From positions 1 to 64,000 of the IMG/VR virus record IMGVR_UViG_3300020112_002303: a stretch of 64,000 nt of DNA. One strand, written 5' to 3'. Below, piece by piece: positions 9,749 to 18,720 of this stretch; within the stretch, counting starts at the first letter, position 1, and every line of letters starts with the position of its first letter. The position numbers and the translations under genes were made by a program. This DNA comes from a virus. Its lineage: Duplodnaviria > Caudoviricetes. The notes under the pieces were generated by a model. The model saw only the letters and a program-made list of their open reading frames with translations, ran no database searches and was not told where the DNA came from.

Positions 9749-10690
9749 ATGTCATATTTATTAGAAGAAAAACTTGACGCAGAGAAAATTGCTCGAGCCG
9801 ATAAGCATGGTTATGACAAGAAGATAGATCATAGCACAGGAGCAAATTTTGATGTATTTGCTCTCCCGGCAAAAGGAAAAAGTGGTGCCGGAATTGGCGC
9901 AAGAGTAAGCGAGGCAAAGAGAGAAGTGCCTAAAAAAGTAAATAGTACAATTGAAGGAACAAAAAAGACTTTTGAAGGCGCAAAAAAGACACTTTCAAAA
10001 TATACCCCTAAAAATTATGTTCGTGATGCCGGTTACGACGCATACAATAAAGCCATGAGAGGTTATACTGAAGGAACCGTTAAATTTGACGATATTGCAA
10101 AAGCACAAAAGAAAGGCAGAGTTGTAGGCGGAATCAAATACGGTCTTGGCGCTGCAGGTACTGCTGCAGCTCTTACAGGTGCAACTGTAGGCGGAATCGC
10201 TCTCGCAAAGCATATTAAGAACAAGAAAAAGAAAGAGGAAGAAAAGTCAGCTTTTGATGTTGTTGATGAATTTTACAACGAAAAGTTAGCGTATGATGAT
10301 GCCAGAGTTAATCGTGCAGTGAAAATAAATAAAGATGGTACATATGCCATGAAGAAAAATCCCAGCACGATACTCAATAATGCAAAGTCTAAAGCAAAAG
10401 ATTATATTGGCAAATCAGGCGACAATGCAATGGCAAAAGCCGTAGAAAATTATGCTGCAAATTCCCCCGATATCGATCTCGGCGAATACTTAAATAAGGC
10501 AAAAGCAAGAGGACAAATGGCAGCAAAAGCTAAATTAGGTCTTGGTGCTGTCGGTACCGCTGCAGCTCTTGCAGGTGCAACCGCAGGTGGAATTGCTCTT
10601 ACGAAGCACATTAAGAACAAGAAAAAGAAAGAGGAAGAAAAGTCCGCTTTCGAAATTGTTGATGAAGCATACGAAGAGATTCTTGGTTAA
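9749..10690 (+). CDS. putative head cargo polyprotein with two TM-polyLys modules
   Basis: MSYLLEEKLDAEKIA; EKSAFDVVDEFYNEKLA linker; EKSAFEIVDEAYEE tail. Confidence 0.75.
   Translation: MSYLLEEKLDAEKIARADKHGYDKKIDHSTGANFDVFALPAKGKSGAGIGARVSEAKREVPKKVNSTIEGTKKTFEGAKKTLSKYTPKNYVRDAGYDAYNKAMRGYTEGTVKFDDIAKAQKKGRVVGGIKYGLGAAGTAAALTGATVGGIALAKHIKNKKKKEEEKSAFDVVDEFYNEKLAYDDARVNRAVKINKDGTYAMKKNPSTILNNAKSKAKDYIGKSGDNAMAKAVENYAANSPDIDLGEYLNKAKARGQMAAKAKLGLGAVGTAAALAGATAGGIALTKHIKNKKKKEEEKSAFEIVDEAYEEILG
10142..10666 (+). repeat. 129-bp imperfect direct repeat (10142-10270, 10538-10666)
   Basis: both copies encode GLGAxGTAAALxGATxGGIALxKHIKNKKKKEEEKSAFxxVDE. Confidence 0.9.
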
Positions 10691-10704
10691 TCGGGAGTGA
10701 TCCT

Positions 10705-11130
10705 ATGATTAACAAAGATCCTTCATCAAAAACATCTATATCAAAAGGTAAGGCGCCAATAGTGCGACCCAAACAAGAAATTGGTGGTATCGAAATGCTA
10801 TGGCCGGGACAAAAACAAGTCAGACCGACTGCAACAAAATCGGCGTTTGAAATTATTGATGATTATTTTGAAAAGAAAGCATCAATAGGTGCTGTAGCAG
10901 GAAAAGTCGGCAAAACAGTTCTTAATGGCGCAAAAACTCTCGGCAGAGATGTTGCAAGCGATTTAAGTAATCCATTTACAATGTTAAATGTAGGTTTAAC
11001 AGTAGCTCCTGCAATTTCAGAAGCAGTTGAAAACAGGAGAAAAGTAAAAGAGATGAGAGAAATACGATCTTCTAAAGCACCACAACAGCCTAAGGTACCA
11101 CAACAACCAAAAACACCTCAAATAAATTAA
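10705..11130 (+). CDS. putative head cargo protein
   Basis: internal KSAFEIIDDYFEKKAS linker followed by amphipathic/hydrophobic helix. Confidence 0.65.
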   Translation: MINKDPSSKTSISKGKAPIVRPKQEIGGIEMLWPGQKQVRPTATKSAFEIIDDYFEKKASIGAVAGKVGKTVLNGAKTLGRDVASDLSNPFTMLNVGLTVAPAISEAVENRRKVKEMREIRSSKAPQQPKVPQQPKTPQIN

Positions 11131-11131
11131 T

Positions 11132-11162
11132 AAAAAACACCGGGCAATGCCCGGTGTTTTTT
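11132..11162. terminator. bidirectional terminator
   Basis: A6-CACCGGGCA-a-TGCCCGGTG-T6 between convergent genes. Confidence 0.9.
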
Positions 11163-12370
11163 CATGTAAGTTCAACGAGATATTTTATTGTACACTGATC
11201 TTCTCTATAAATAATAATTTCATCGTTTCTAAGCATAGACCCTTTATGTGCATGCAAACAGTGCGCCAAAGGGGCTGTCTTTTTTAATTTATCATAATTA
11301 AAATTATAATATTTGGAATCAAACTGATACACATCAAAAGGTTTTCCGTAAGCAACATCATAAAGTCCCATTAAAGAAAAATCGGAATTACCATTAGCCC
11401 AATACGAACCTTTGTGGCTTGTATAGCCGAAACTCTTCTGAGCACTGTTAGCATAATATATACCGTAACCAAACATTTTGCCCGTTATAATAGCATTAGG
11501 TTTAAGTAAAAGTCCTGACGAAGCAATGCTCCACCAATTTTCATTTCTTGAGCCGTGCCATAACATTTTGGTATCCGCTATACTGTTATCTTTTACAAAA
11601 GAATCGAATGCACTTTGAGTTTTAATGTTTGTAACTTTCCAAGAATCCTTATATTTATCAGATAAATGGCCAAGCGATTTTTTAATTTTATCAATATCAT
11701 CATCGTTAGTTTCTTCAAAAGTCAAACCGAACATTTCAAGAATAGTTTTATCGAATACGGTATCGCCGGATTGATTTTCGACAGTGACCTTGTTTTTCAC
11801 CATGCCACGCATAACATCAAGAAGATCTTGTTCACGCTTAAATATTTTAGCAAAATCGTCAGGTGTTTTTGCTAAATAATCAGACACTTTTTTCATAGCC
11901 CTTGGAATAACGCTAAATAATTTAGTTAATGTTTTATTAAAATCATTAACAGAGCTGTTTTTACTTGCAGCAAGAACAATAAGGAGTTTGTCTGCCTCAT
12001 CAATCATTTTCTGTGTAACGGCTTCGGACGAAACGGTATAATTCTTTTTTACCGCATCATTTGCAAGACCAATAAGTCTATCAACTATCTTTGAGATGTT
12101 TTGGTTTTCTATTGGTTTGTATTTATTTTCAGAAGATTCAACCTTTACATCCATTAGGTCTGATTGGTCAGCATAACCCTTTTTAACTTTACTGTTGTAT
12201 ATTCGGCACCAATCGGAGCGAGGATAGGTTTTAGTTTGAAAATTGCTATTACCTATCCTTCCGTATTCAACAGTAAATGTATCGCCTTTTGGAATCATTC
12301 GATAGAACTTATTATTATTTGCATCAGCTGTAATCATTACAAGATATTTTGGACAATAGCCGCTATCCAC
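11162..12370 (-). CDS. poly(ADP-ribose) polymerase (WGR + helical + ART catalytic domains)
   Basis: NNKFY..YGRIG WGR-like; LWHGSR, GKMFGYGIYYANSAQKSFGY, NDEIIIY = H-Y-E triad. Confidence 0.9.
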   Translation of the reverse strand: MDSGYCPKYLVMITADANNNKFYRMIPKGDTFTVEYGRIGNSNFQTKTYPRSDWCRIYNSKVKKGYADQSDLMDVKVESSENKYKPIENQNISKIVDRLIGLANDAVKKNYTVSSEAVTQKMIDEADKLLIVLAASKNSSVNDFNKTLTKLFSVIPRAMKKVSDYLAKTPDDFAKIFKREQDLLDVMRGMVKNKVTVENQSGDTVFDKTILEMFGLTFEETNDDDIDKIKKSLGHLSDKYKDSWKVTNIKTQSAFDSFVKDNSIADTKMLWHGSRNENWWSIASSGLLLKPNAIITGKMFGYGIYYANSAQKSFGYTSHKGSYWANGNSDFSLMGLYDVAYGKPFDVYQFDSKYYNFNYDKLKKTAPLAHCLHAHKGSMLRNDEIIIYREDQCTIKYLVELT

Positions 12371-12848
12371 GATCTAATACACCTGCCTCTTGAAGAACAT
12401 GTTTGTCTTTTTCGAGATAACAGACAACAATTTCTAAATCTTTGCCGATATCGGCAAAAAGTCTGTGTAATTCACAGTCAACAAAACCCCATTTCAATCC
12501 GTCTAAACCGCATCCGATAAGCGGAATGCCGATTTTAGAAATATTATGTTTTATAACATAATCCCTGAATTTTTCTAATGAAGCGGAGAAATTTTCTTTT
12601 GTCGGCTTTTCCCAGCACTTATTTTTTGTGACAAGATTGACGATACCGGCAATAACTGCAATATCTCCGGCTCTTGTATCATCTCTAAATTGGCATCGAA
12701 GAATTAAATGTTCTCTCATATTGAATCTTTTGTTGAATTCTACGGCAATTCCTGCCCCTAACGCACAATCTGCCGAAATACAATGAGCAAGAGTATATTT
12801 ATAGCTCAAATCAAATAAATCTTGTTCTGAATAAATAATACTTAACAT
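12363..12848 (-). CDS. macrodomain ADP-ribosylhydrolase, TARG1/Poa1/DarG-like
   Basis: DLF, AHCISADCALGAGIA, NLVTK, PLIGCGLDGL. Confidence 0.9.
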   Translation of the reverse strand: MLSIIYSEQDLFDLSYKYTLAHCISADCALGAGIAVEFNKRFNMREHLILRCQFRDDTRAGDIAVIAGIVNLVTKNKCWEKPTKENFSASLEKFRDYVIKHNISKIGIPLIGCGLDGLKWGFVDCELHRLFADIGKDLEIVVCYLEKDKHVLQEAGVLDRG

Positions 12849-12854
12849 AAAAAA

Positions 12855-14027
12855 CTACCTCACATAAATTATATTTTTCTTTGCTCTTGTAACGGCCGTA
12901 TATAGCCACCGCATTGTCGTTTCTTTACCGACTATTTTTCTCGGAACATCATCGTAAATAATGACATTATCATATTCACTGCCTTGTGCCTTATGAACAG
13001 TTATAGCGTAACCATAATCAAACAAGCACAATTCCTTATCGAATCTGTCTACATAACTACACTCCTGAAACGGATGTCGGCAAACATAAATAATTTCCTC
13101 GTCATCAGTATATTCCGGAGAAAATAAAATCTTAAACGAATAAGGTTTTTCGATTTCGCAAGGCACAGCATTAGATCTTGCAGTACCGATAGTACCGTTA
13201 ATAAGAGGAAGGCCGCCAATATTAATATCCCAATTATTTTTAGTACAAATAAGCTTATCGCCATAAATCGGATAATCACCCTCAAGACTATTGAGAGCTC
13301 TTATTTTTTCGTTCAGCTCTCTTCTCGTGTCATTTTTGTAGCAAAGAACCTGGTCGGCATTTTTAAAAGAAGAATCTTCACATCTTGTTCCGATATCTAA
13401 CTTTATATTTTTTCCGTATCTTTTATTTGGAACATAGCCGTATTCTAATATATCTCTCGACAAAAGAATAATAGGATTGTCTTTTTCCTGTCTTACTATT
13501 TCGTCTAAATGGGCGTCTGAAGAAGTTAAAAGTTTAGGGTCATCTTCTATTGGCGGCAACTGCATTGGATCTCCGATAAGAAGAATTGGTACGCTGAAAG
13601 ACAACAAATCTTTCATAATCTTTGAGCTAATCATAGAAGCCTCGTCAATAACGATAAGTTTAATATTATTATCAATGCTTGTTACCTTGCTGAAAATCAA
13701 GTCAGCTTTAGATTTACCCTGAAGCTTTTTAGTAGGAATAATCTCAAAAGGATCATCCGCTTCTTGTTCAAGTCGATAAATTAACTTGTGGATAGTTACA
13801 GCAGGTATACCCTTAGAATTCAACACCATTGCCGCCTTACCCGTAAAACTTAGGTATACAGTGTTGTTTCGTATACCTAAGTTTTCTACTATTGCAGGAA
13901 CAATAGTAGTTTTACCTGTTCCTGCAAGTCCGGTAAGAACAAAAATTTGTTTTCTATTTTCATCTTTAAACCAATTCGATATGGCTTCGATTGCTTTTTT
14001 CTGTCCTTCATTATATTCAATTTCCAT
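12855..14027 (-). CDS. SF1B helicase, RecD/Dda-like
   Basis: GLAGTGKT, IDEASM, GDPMQLPP, YAITVHKAQGSEY, LYTAVTRA; start chosen from RBS. Confidence 0.93.
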   Translation of the reverse strand: MEIEYNEGQKKAIEAISNWFKDENRKQIFVLTGLAGTGKTTIVPAIVENLGIRNNTVYLSFTGKAAMVLNSKGIPAVTIHKLIYRLEQEADDPFEIIPTKKLQGKSKADLIFSKVTSIDNNIKLIVIDEASMISSKIMKDLLSFSVPILLIGDPMQLPPIEDDPKLLTSSDAHLDEIVRQEKDNPIILLSRDILEYGYVPNKRYGKNIKLDIGTRCEDSSFKNADQVLCYKNDTRRELNEKIRALNSLEGDYPIYGDKLICTKNNWDINIGGLPLINGTIGTARSNAVPCEIEKPYSFKILFSPEYTDDEEIIYVCRHPFQECSYVDRFDKELCLFDYGYAITVHKAQGSEYDNVIIYDDVPRKIVGKETTMRWLYTAVTRAKKNIIYVR

Positions 14028-14421
14028 TTTCATCCCCCTTTTCAAAGTAAACATATTCATCGTCAAATGCTATTTCGGGCAATTTAACCTTATCTATAAT
14101 ATCAGGTTCATAGAAAAGTTCCATATAAAATTTTTCGTTTTCTTCTGACAAATTAACAAGATCGCCCTTAGAATTAAATTCTGATATTAGAAAATCTCCG
14201 GCTATAATTTCCCCATTAAATATTCTGTTTCCCGGAAGGCCTATTTTTTTAGAGTTCCTATTATAAAACAAAAACAGAGAGTTATTATTTCTTGCCTTAT
14301 TAGTTATTGGTTTTTCGGCAAATTCACCATTAACTTCCTTTTGAAAAAATTCAATAAAAGAAGCAGTATCTTTTATTTCTGGATGTTTACCGGGACTAAC
14401 TTTAATTATCTTCGTAATCAT
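14017..14421 (-). CDS. DUF3846-like protein
   Basis: PGKHP..Q..VNG..GLPGNR..IIAGDF pattern. Confidence 0.6.
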   Translation of the reverse strand: MITKIIKVSPGKHPEIKDTASFIEFFQKEVNGEFAEKPITNKARNNNSLFLFYNRNSKKIGLPGNRIFNGEIIAGDFLISEFNSKGDLVNLSEENEKFYMELFYEPDIIDKVKLPEIAFDDEYVYFEKGDENGN

Positions 14422-14614
14422 CACCTTCTTCATCGTGATAAATAATATTTGAATGTCTTCCGAGTTCTTTTTCGGACGGGAATGGAGATAAAATAACATC
14501 GCCATTAGAAATAAAAACCTTAAATATAGTATTTTCGTCTACATTCAAACTATTTCTTATTTGGACAGGAATAACAACTCTTCCTGCCTTATCTATACCA
14601 ACAACTTTACTCAT
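14402..14614 (-). CDS. AbrB/MazE/SpoVT-family DNA-binding protein
   Basis: IDKAGRVVIPVQIRNSL. Confidence 0.85.
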   Translation of the reverse strand: MSKVVGIDKAGRVVIPVQIRNSLNVDENTIFKVFISNGDVILSPFPSEKELGRHSNIIYHDEEGDDYEDN

Positions 14615-15149
14615 TTTCTTTTTCCTTTCTTTTAAAATATTTGCTTTCATCAAAAGCGACAATTTCGATTTCCGATACCTTATCACCGATTCTTCTTCCT
14701 GAAAAAACTCTATCAGTATTACCAAGATCAGAATAAAAAATTAGATATTTACCATTTCTGATATATATTCTTTCTTTTTCTCTGACGGTTTTACAAGCAA
14801 AATAATCTGACCATGTGTCTTCCGGGAACATTTCTTCAAAACCTTCAGGTAATTCGTCACGATTTTTATAGTATATCGGTGACCCGACATAAATTAAACC
14901 GGAATCAGAATGAATAGTAATAGACTCCTTTTCAACTCCGTATAATCTGATTTTTTCTGATTTAACTAAAGATACTTTCCAAATACTTGACTTACTATCT
15001 TCTGATAATCTTTTTTCTACGATAACACTATCTATGTCGCAATCTTTTATTAGCAAATATTTGTCATCATAAAAAGGATCGCAGGCAATGATAGGACCTT
15101 TTAAATTTATTTTGTAGGTTATTTTAGGTGGATGAGAGATAATAATCAT
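14607..15149 (-). CDS. hypothetical protein
   Basis: AAGGA RBS, first gene of minus-strand operon. Confidence 0.65.
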   Translation of the reverse strand: MIIISHPPKITYKINLKGPIIACDPFYDDKYLLIKDCDIDSVIVEKRLSEDSKSSIWKVSLVKSEKIRLYGVEKESITIHSDSGLIYVGSPIYYKNRDELPEGFEEMFPEDTWSDYFACKTVREKERIYIRNGKYLIFYSDLGNTDRVFSGRRIGDKVSEIEIVAFDESKYFKRKEKENE

Positions 15150-15169
15150 ATCCTTTCACTTAATACTGT

Positions 15170-15198
15170 TTGACAATATTTAATTTTTGTGTTATTCT
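15170..15198 (+). promoter_or_regulatory. SigA-type promoter
   Basis: TTGACA-17-TATTCT. Confidence 0.7.
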
Positions 15199-15233
15199 TT
15201 ATTAAAGAATAAAAAAATTGGAGTTGGTTTTTA

Positions 15234-15563
15234 ATGAATAATCTTTTTTCTTCACTTCATGTATGGAGTTCAAATTTACTTAATTCAACACAAGATACAA
15301 TATCGACAGATCCCGTTTACCAAACATCTGCAGCTAATGAAGTATTAGTATTAAAAGATGTCAGAAACGATAACAGGGTTAGTCTTTATGATGCAGTCAT
15401 TACTAATGCAGGAAGCGATGCTTTTTCATTTAGTCCTAACGGAGAAGATGCAGTAATATCTTTGGGTGCAGGAGAGTCATTTGACTTTAAAAAGAATTTG
15501 CTATCAGTAGTAAAAGTTCTTACTTCCGGAGCAAAGATTAAGATTACAGGATTTTACGATTAA
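15234..15563 (+). CDS. hypothetical beta-rich protein
   Basis: GGAG RBS, promoter upstream. Confidence 0.7.
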   Translation: MNNLFSSLHVWSSNLLNSTQDTISTDPVYQTSAANEVLVLKDVRNDNRVSLYDAVITNAGSDAFSFSPNGEDAVISLGAGESFDFKKNLLSVVKVLTSGAKIKITGFYD

Positions 15564-15567
15564 GCAG

Positions 15568-15819
15568 GTGATAGCCGTGGATGAAAAAAAATCAAATAGC
15601 AAACTAAAGGATATAAATTGTTCAGTTTGCGGATATAACGGCGAACCTAAACTTGATGGTAGGTGTCCATCATGTGGAGCAATCGGCGGACAAACACCAT
15701 ACGAACCAGTAGATAGAAACAAAAATAAAGAATATTCAAGAAGTGAATCTTCCGCTGAATATCAAAAAGAAGTGCAAAAAGCACTTCGTGAAAAATTCAC
15801 ATTCTTAAATATATGGTAA
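15568..15819 (+). CDS. zinc-ribbon protein
   Basis: CSVCGY...CPSCG. Confidence 0.7.
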   Translation: MIAVDEKKSNSKLKDINCSVCGYNGEPKLDGRCPSCGAIGGQTPYEPVDRNKNKEYSRSESSAEYQKEVQKALREKFTFLNIW

Positions 15820-15820
15820 A

Positions 15821-15857
15821 AAAATAAAAGGGAGCGCAATGTGCGCTCCTTATTTTT
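15821..15857. terminator. bidirectional terminator
   Basis: GGAGCGCA-atg-TGCGCTCC flanked by A/T tracts. Confidence 0.8.
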
Positions 15858-16317
15858 ATTCTTCGTCTTCGTCAATTTCGATATCTTCGATATCTTCATC
15901 TTCGATGTCTTCGTCATTCTTCTTGCTTTTAATAACAAGAATTGTTGTTGCGACTGCTGCTGTTGCTGCCAAAACTGATCCTGCGATGATAAGTAGTTTC
16001 TTTTTGCTCATCTTGTTTTCAGCTCCTTCGATCATTTTATCTGCTCCGTTTTCTGGTGCTTCAACTGTTTTCTCAACTGTCTCGTTAACGGTTTCTTCAA
16101 CTGTTTCCTCAACTGCCTTTGCCATCTCTGGTTCCTCCTTTTTGATTTCTTCTTTGACTTCATTAGTCTTTGCCATTGTGGTTTCCTCCTTTTTTGTCTC
16201 AACCTTTTCGGTTTTAACTGTCTTTGCTTTTTTGGTTTCATTTGCCTTTGCCATTTTTACTGTCTCCTTTTTTGTTTCTTTTTGAGTTTCATTTGTTTTT
16301 GTTTGAGTCTTTGCCAT
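15856..16317 (-). CDS. membrane-anchored low-complexity protein with six SD-preceded in-frame starts
   Basis: ATGs at 16317, 16254, 16176, 16125, 16035, 16011, each after GGAG(G)/GGAAGG; C-terminal TM helix + acidic tail. Confidence 0.8.
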   Translation of the reverse strand: MAKTQTKTNETQKETKKETVKMAKANETKKAKTVKTEKVETKKEETTMAKTNEVKEEIKKEEPEMAKAVEETVEETVNETVEKTVEAPENGADKMIEGAENKMSKKKLLIIAGSVLAATAAVATTILVIKSKKNDEDIEDEDIEDIEIDEDEE

Positions 16318-16341
16318 TTTTAGTTTCCTTCCTTTCTTTTG

Positions 16342-16359
16342 GTTTTATATCTTATACGA
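16342..16359 (-). promoter_or_regulatory. candidate phage-specific promoter/operator, copy 1
   Basis: TCGTATAAGATATAAAAC, 17/18 identical to 39041-39058. Confidence 0.5.
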
Positions 16360-16453
16360 TAAAAATACCATTTTTAAAAAAATGGTAAAATGGTAAAATA
16401 CCAATTAAACAGTTACGAATAGGATAACCATTTAACAACAATTTATTTAAAAG

Positions 16454-16482
16454 TTGACGAAATAGCATTTTTGATATATAAT
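16454..16482 (+). promoter_or_regulatory. SigA-type promoter of packaging operon
   Basis: TTGACG-17-TATAAT. Confidence 0.8.
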
Positions 16483-16547
16483 GTTTTCAGCAAAACGATT
16501 CCAACAAAATAACATCTTTAACAAAAAAAGAAAGGAAATGGTTATTA

Positions 16548-17840
16548 ATGACCGATCGACTCGAAGTTAACATCCAAGATTTACCTGACGAATGTAAACA
16601 CACAATATTAACGATGGAAAAACTTGGGCATTTAAAATATCTTAGATATTTATTATCAAAAAGATATCCACCACTACCATTGATAATGGAATTAAAAAAA
16701 CTTGGTCTATCTTCTCCTCAAGAAGATATGCTGATTGTTTATTTTAATAATGTTATTTGGCCAGCAGTAGAAAAATTCGGACTAAAAGGATTTTATGGTG
16801 AATATAAAGCGAATATAAATAATAAGAAAAAGATTCGCACAAATAAAAGTGTTTTAAATTTTCGTATAGATGTAGCACCGAATGTTGATTCCCAAGTAAA
16901 TTTTTTAAAATTTATCTTTTATCTCGATGTAGACAATTTATGGATGAGCGAAGTAAAGAGATATTACGGATCTTCTTCAAATTTTCCTGTAGATGAAAAC
17001 GGAGACAGATTGCTTGTGTCGAGTTTTGGTAGTGCAACCGCCACATCATATACCTTTGAAAAAATAGTTCAGCATCCCAAAAGATATATGATAGACAAAA
17101 TGATTCTTGAAGATGTTCCTGACACAAGAATAAGTGAATGGGTAAAAAGAGAATTAAACATGAGCCTGTCAGTAGCAGACATCACATTGTACAGAATATC
17201 TTTCTTTAATATTAGAGCATTCAGTATAGAAGAAAAAATAAAGATGTTAGAAAAAGAGCAGAAGTATTTTGAGCAAACGCTTAAGGATTTAGACAGAGAA
17301 AATGCGAGTTTGCCAGAGCAAATGACTTCCGGCGAAAAATTAGGCTTGATAAGAGCAGCGGAACTCCGAATAGCTGAAATCAAGGATAATATATTGACCT
17401 TAAATTCTCGATATAACAATACTGTAAACGGTATTTTAAATCAAGATTCCGAAGATGTTGTAACAATGGTCGAAACAATGATCAGAAAAACTTATGACAA
17501 ATTCTCCGAAGTATCACAAACACATGACCCGTCTGCTATTTCCCCGATGTATACCTTAACAAGAAGTTTCTGTTTATTAACGGATAAATTGGAAACCGTT
17601 AAAAATCAAAGTGCTTCTAATCCCGAAAGAAATCATACTGATGCCGGTGCGGACGCTGCCATTCTTCAACTTTACAAACAAAAGATTGAAGATATGAACG
17701 GAGCAGACGGCTACATGTTCGATGAGAATGAAGGAGTTTCTCCAAGCGACATATCGGGTATAGAAGAACTAAATGTTGCATATAAAGACGACGATGATGA
17801 AGATATAGAAATGGATGATGGTGAAGATTATGGAGAATAA
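16548..17840 (+). CDS. hypothetical helical protein, possible terminase small subunit
   Basis: upstream of TerL; two HTH-like segments, coiled coil, acidic tail; function inferred from position only. Confidence 0.4.
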   Translation: MTDRLEVNIQDLPDECKHTILTMEKLGHLKYLRYLLSKRYPPLPLIMELKKLGLSSPQEDMLIVYFNNVIWPAVEKFGLKGFYGEYKANINNKKKIRTNKSVLNFRIDVAPNVDSQVNFLKFIFYLDVDNLWMSEVKRYYGSSSNFPVDENGDRLLVSSFGSATATSYTFEKIVQHPKRYMIDKMILEDVPDTRISEWVKRELNMSLSVADITLYRISFFNIRAFSIEEKIKMLEKEQKYFEQTLKDLDRENASLPEQMTSGEKLGLIRAAELRIAEIKDNILTLNSRYNNTVNGILNQDSEDVVTMVETMIRKTYDKFSEVSQTHDPSAISPMYTLTRSFCLLTDKLETVKNQSASNPERNHTDAGADAAILQLYKQKIEDMNGADGYMFDENEGVSPSDISGIEELNVAYKDDDDEDIEMDDGEDYGE

Positions 17841-18420
17841 TTTTTCAGTAATGAAAGAAAGCGCAATTTCAATAATAAAGGAAGTCGTATCAAAATACAA
17901 TAGCGACAATTATTGCATTGTTGATAAAATAAATACGGGCGATTATTTTGATGTATTAAGAAATTCTATGTACGAATATAGCGGTAACTATATTTTAGCA
18001 GAAAGATTTTATAAAAAATCAAAATGCGTACCGGAAATTGTAAAAACGAAAGTTATCAGTAAGGATTCAATAGAGGCTCTTATTAAGTTTGAAGGTGCTC
18101 TTAAAAAAATAAAAGCCGATGAATCTCAGGTAGATACAGAGGAGCTTAAAAAAATAGTAGACAAGGTAAACAATCCTGATTTCAACGAAGAAGAAAGAAA
18201 AATATTTACTTATAAAGAAAGTGATGTTTCTTCAAAAAAATATACTGTTATTTCTGCTGACGAGGCAATCGGAGATCATGTAGAAAATGTATGTGGTATA
18301 TACTTTGATTTCGCTTTTGCCCTATACAGATTTATTTATCAAGGAATTATACCTCAGGGACTTGAAATAGTAGAGCTTGAAAATGAAGATTATTATGATA
18401 TACTATTCAAATATGTTTAA
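17830..18420 (+). CDS. hypothetical protein
   Basis: operonic ORF, GGTGA RBS. Confidence 0.65.
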   Translation: MENNFSVMKESAISIIKEVVSKYNSDNYCIVDKINTGDYFDVLRNSMYEYSGNYILAERFYKKSKCVPEIVKTKVISKDSIEALIKFEGALKKIKADESQVDTEELKKIVDKVNNPDFNEEERKIFTYKESDVSSKKYTVISADEAIGDHVENVCGIYFDFAFALYRFIYQGIIPQGLEIVELENEDYYDILFKYV

Positions 18421-18710
18421 TGGGGGCAATTATGAAAAAAATTATATTGAAAATATTTTTTAAAAAATACGCAAATTTACTGTACGATATTTATGACGAT
18501 CTGGAGAGTTTTCAAAAAATCAGAAATAAAACATCAAAAGATATTCAAACAAAGCCAACTCATTTATTAATGTTAGTAAGCAGTACAAATAACATTAATG
18601 TTCTTGAAACGAACAATCGTTTATATATCGACAAAAAACCATTTTTGCGCAAGAAAGGGCGTTATGCTGAGGACCAGTCAATAACAACACAATGGCAGGC
18701 AATAAAATAA
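18420..18710 (+). CDS. hypothetical basic protein
   Basis: operonic ORF. Confidence 0.55.
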   Translation: MGAIMKKIILKIFFKKYANLLYDIYDDLESFQKIRNKTSKDIQTKPTHLLMLVSSTNNINVLETNNRLYIDKKPFLRKKGRYAEDQSITTQWQAIK

Positions 18711-18720
18711 CTTGGAGTGA

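Noticed and set aside
10142-10666. DGR template/variable repeat pair
   Set aside because: Differences are mostly third-position and not adenine-specific; no reverse transcriptase in the window
11162-12848. Canonical DarTG toxin-antitoxin
   Set aside because: The transferase has WGR-PARP architecture, not DarT
15839-16285. Plus-strand 148-aa Ser/Phe-rich ORF
   Set aside because: Antisense shadow of 15856-16317; starts inside the terminator with no RBS
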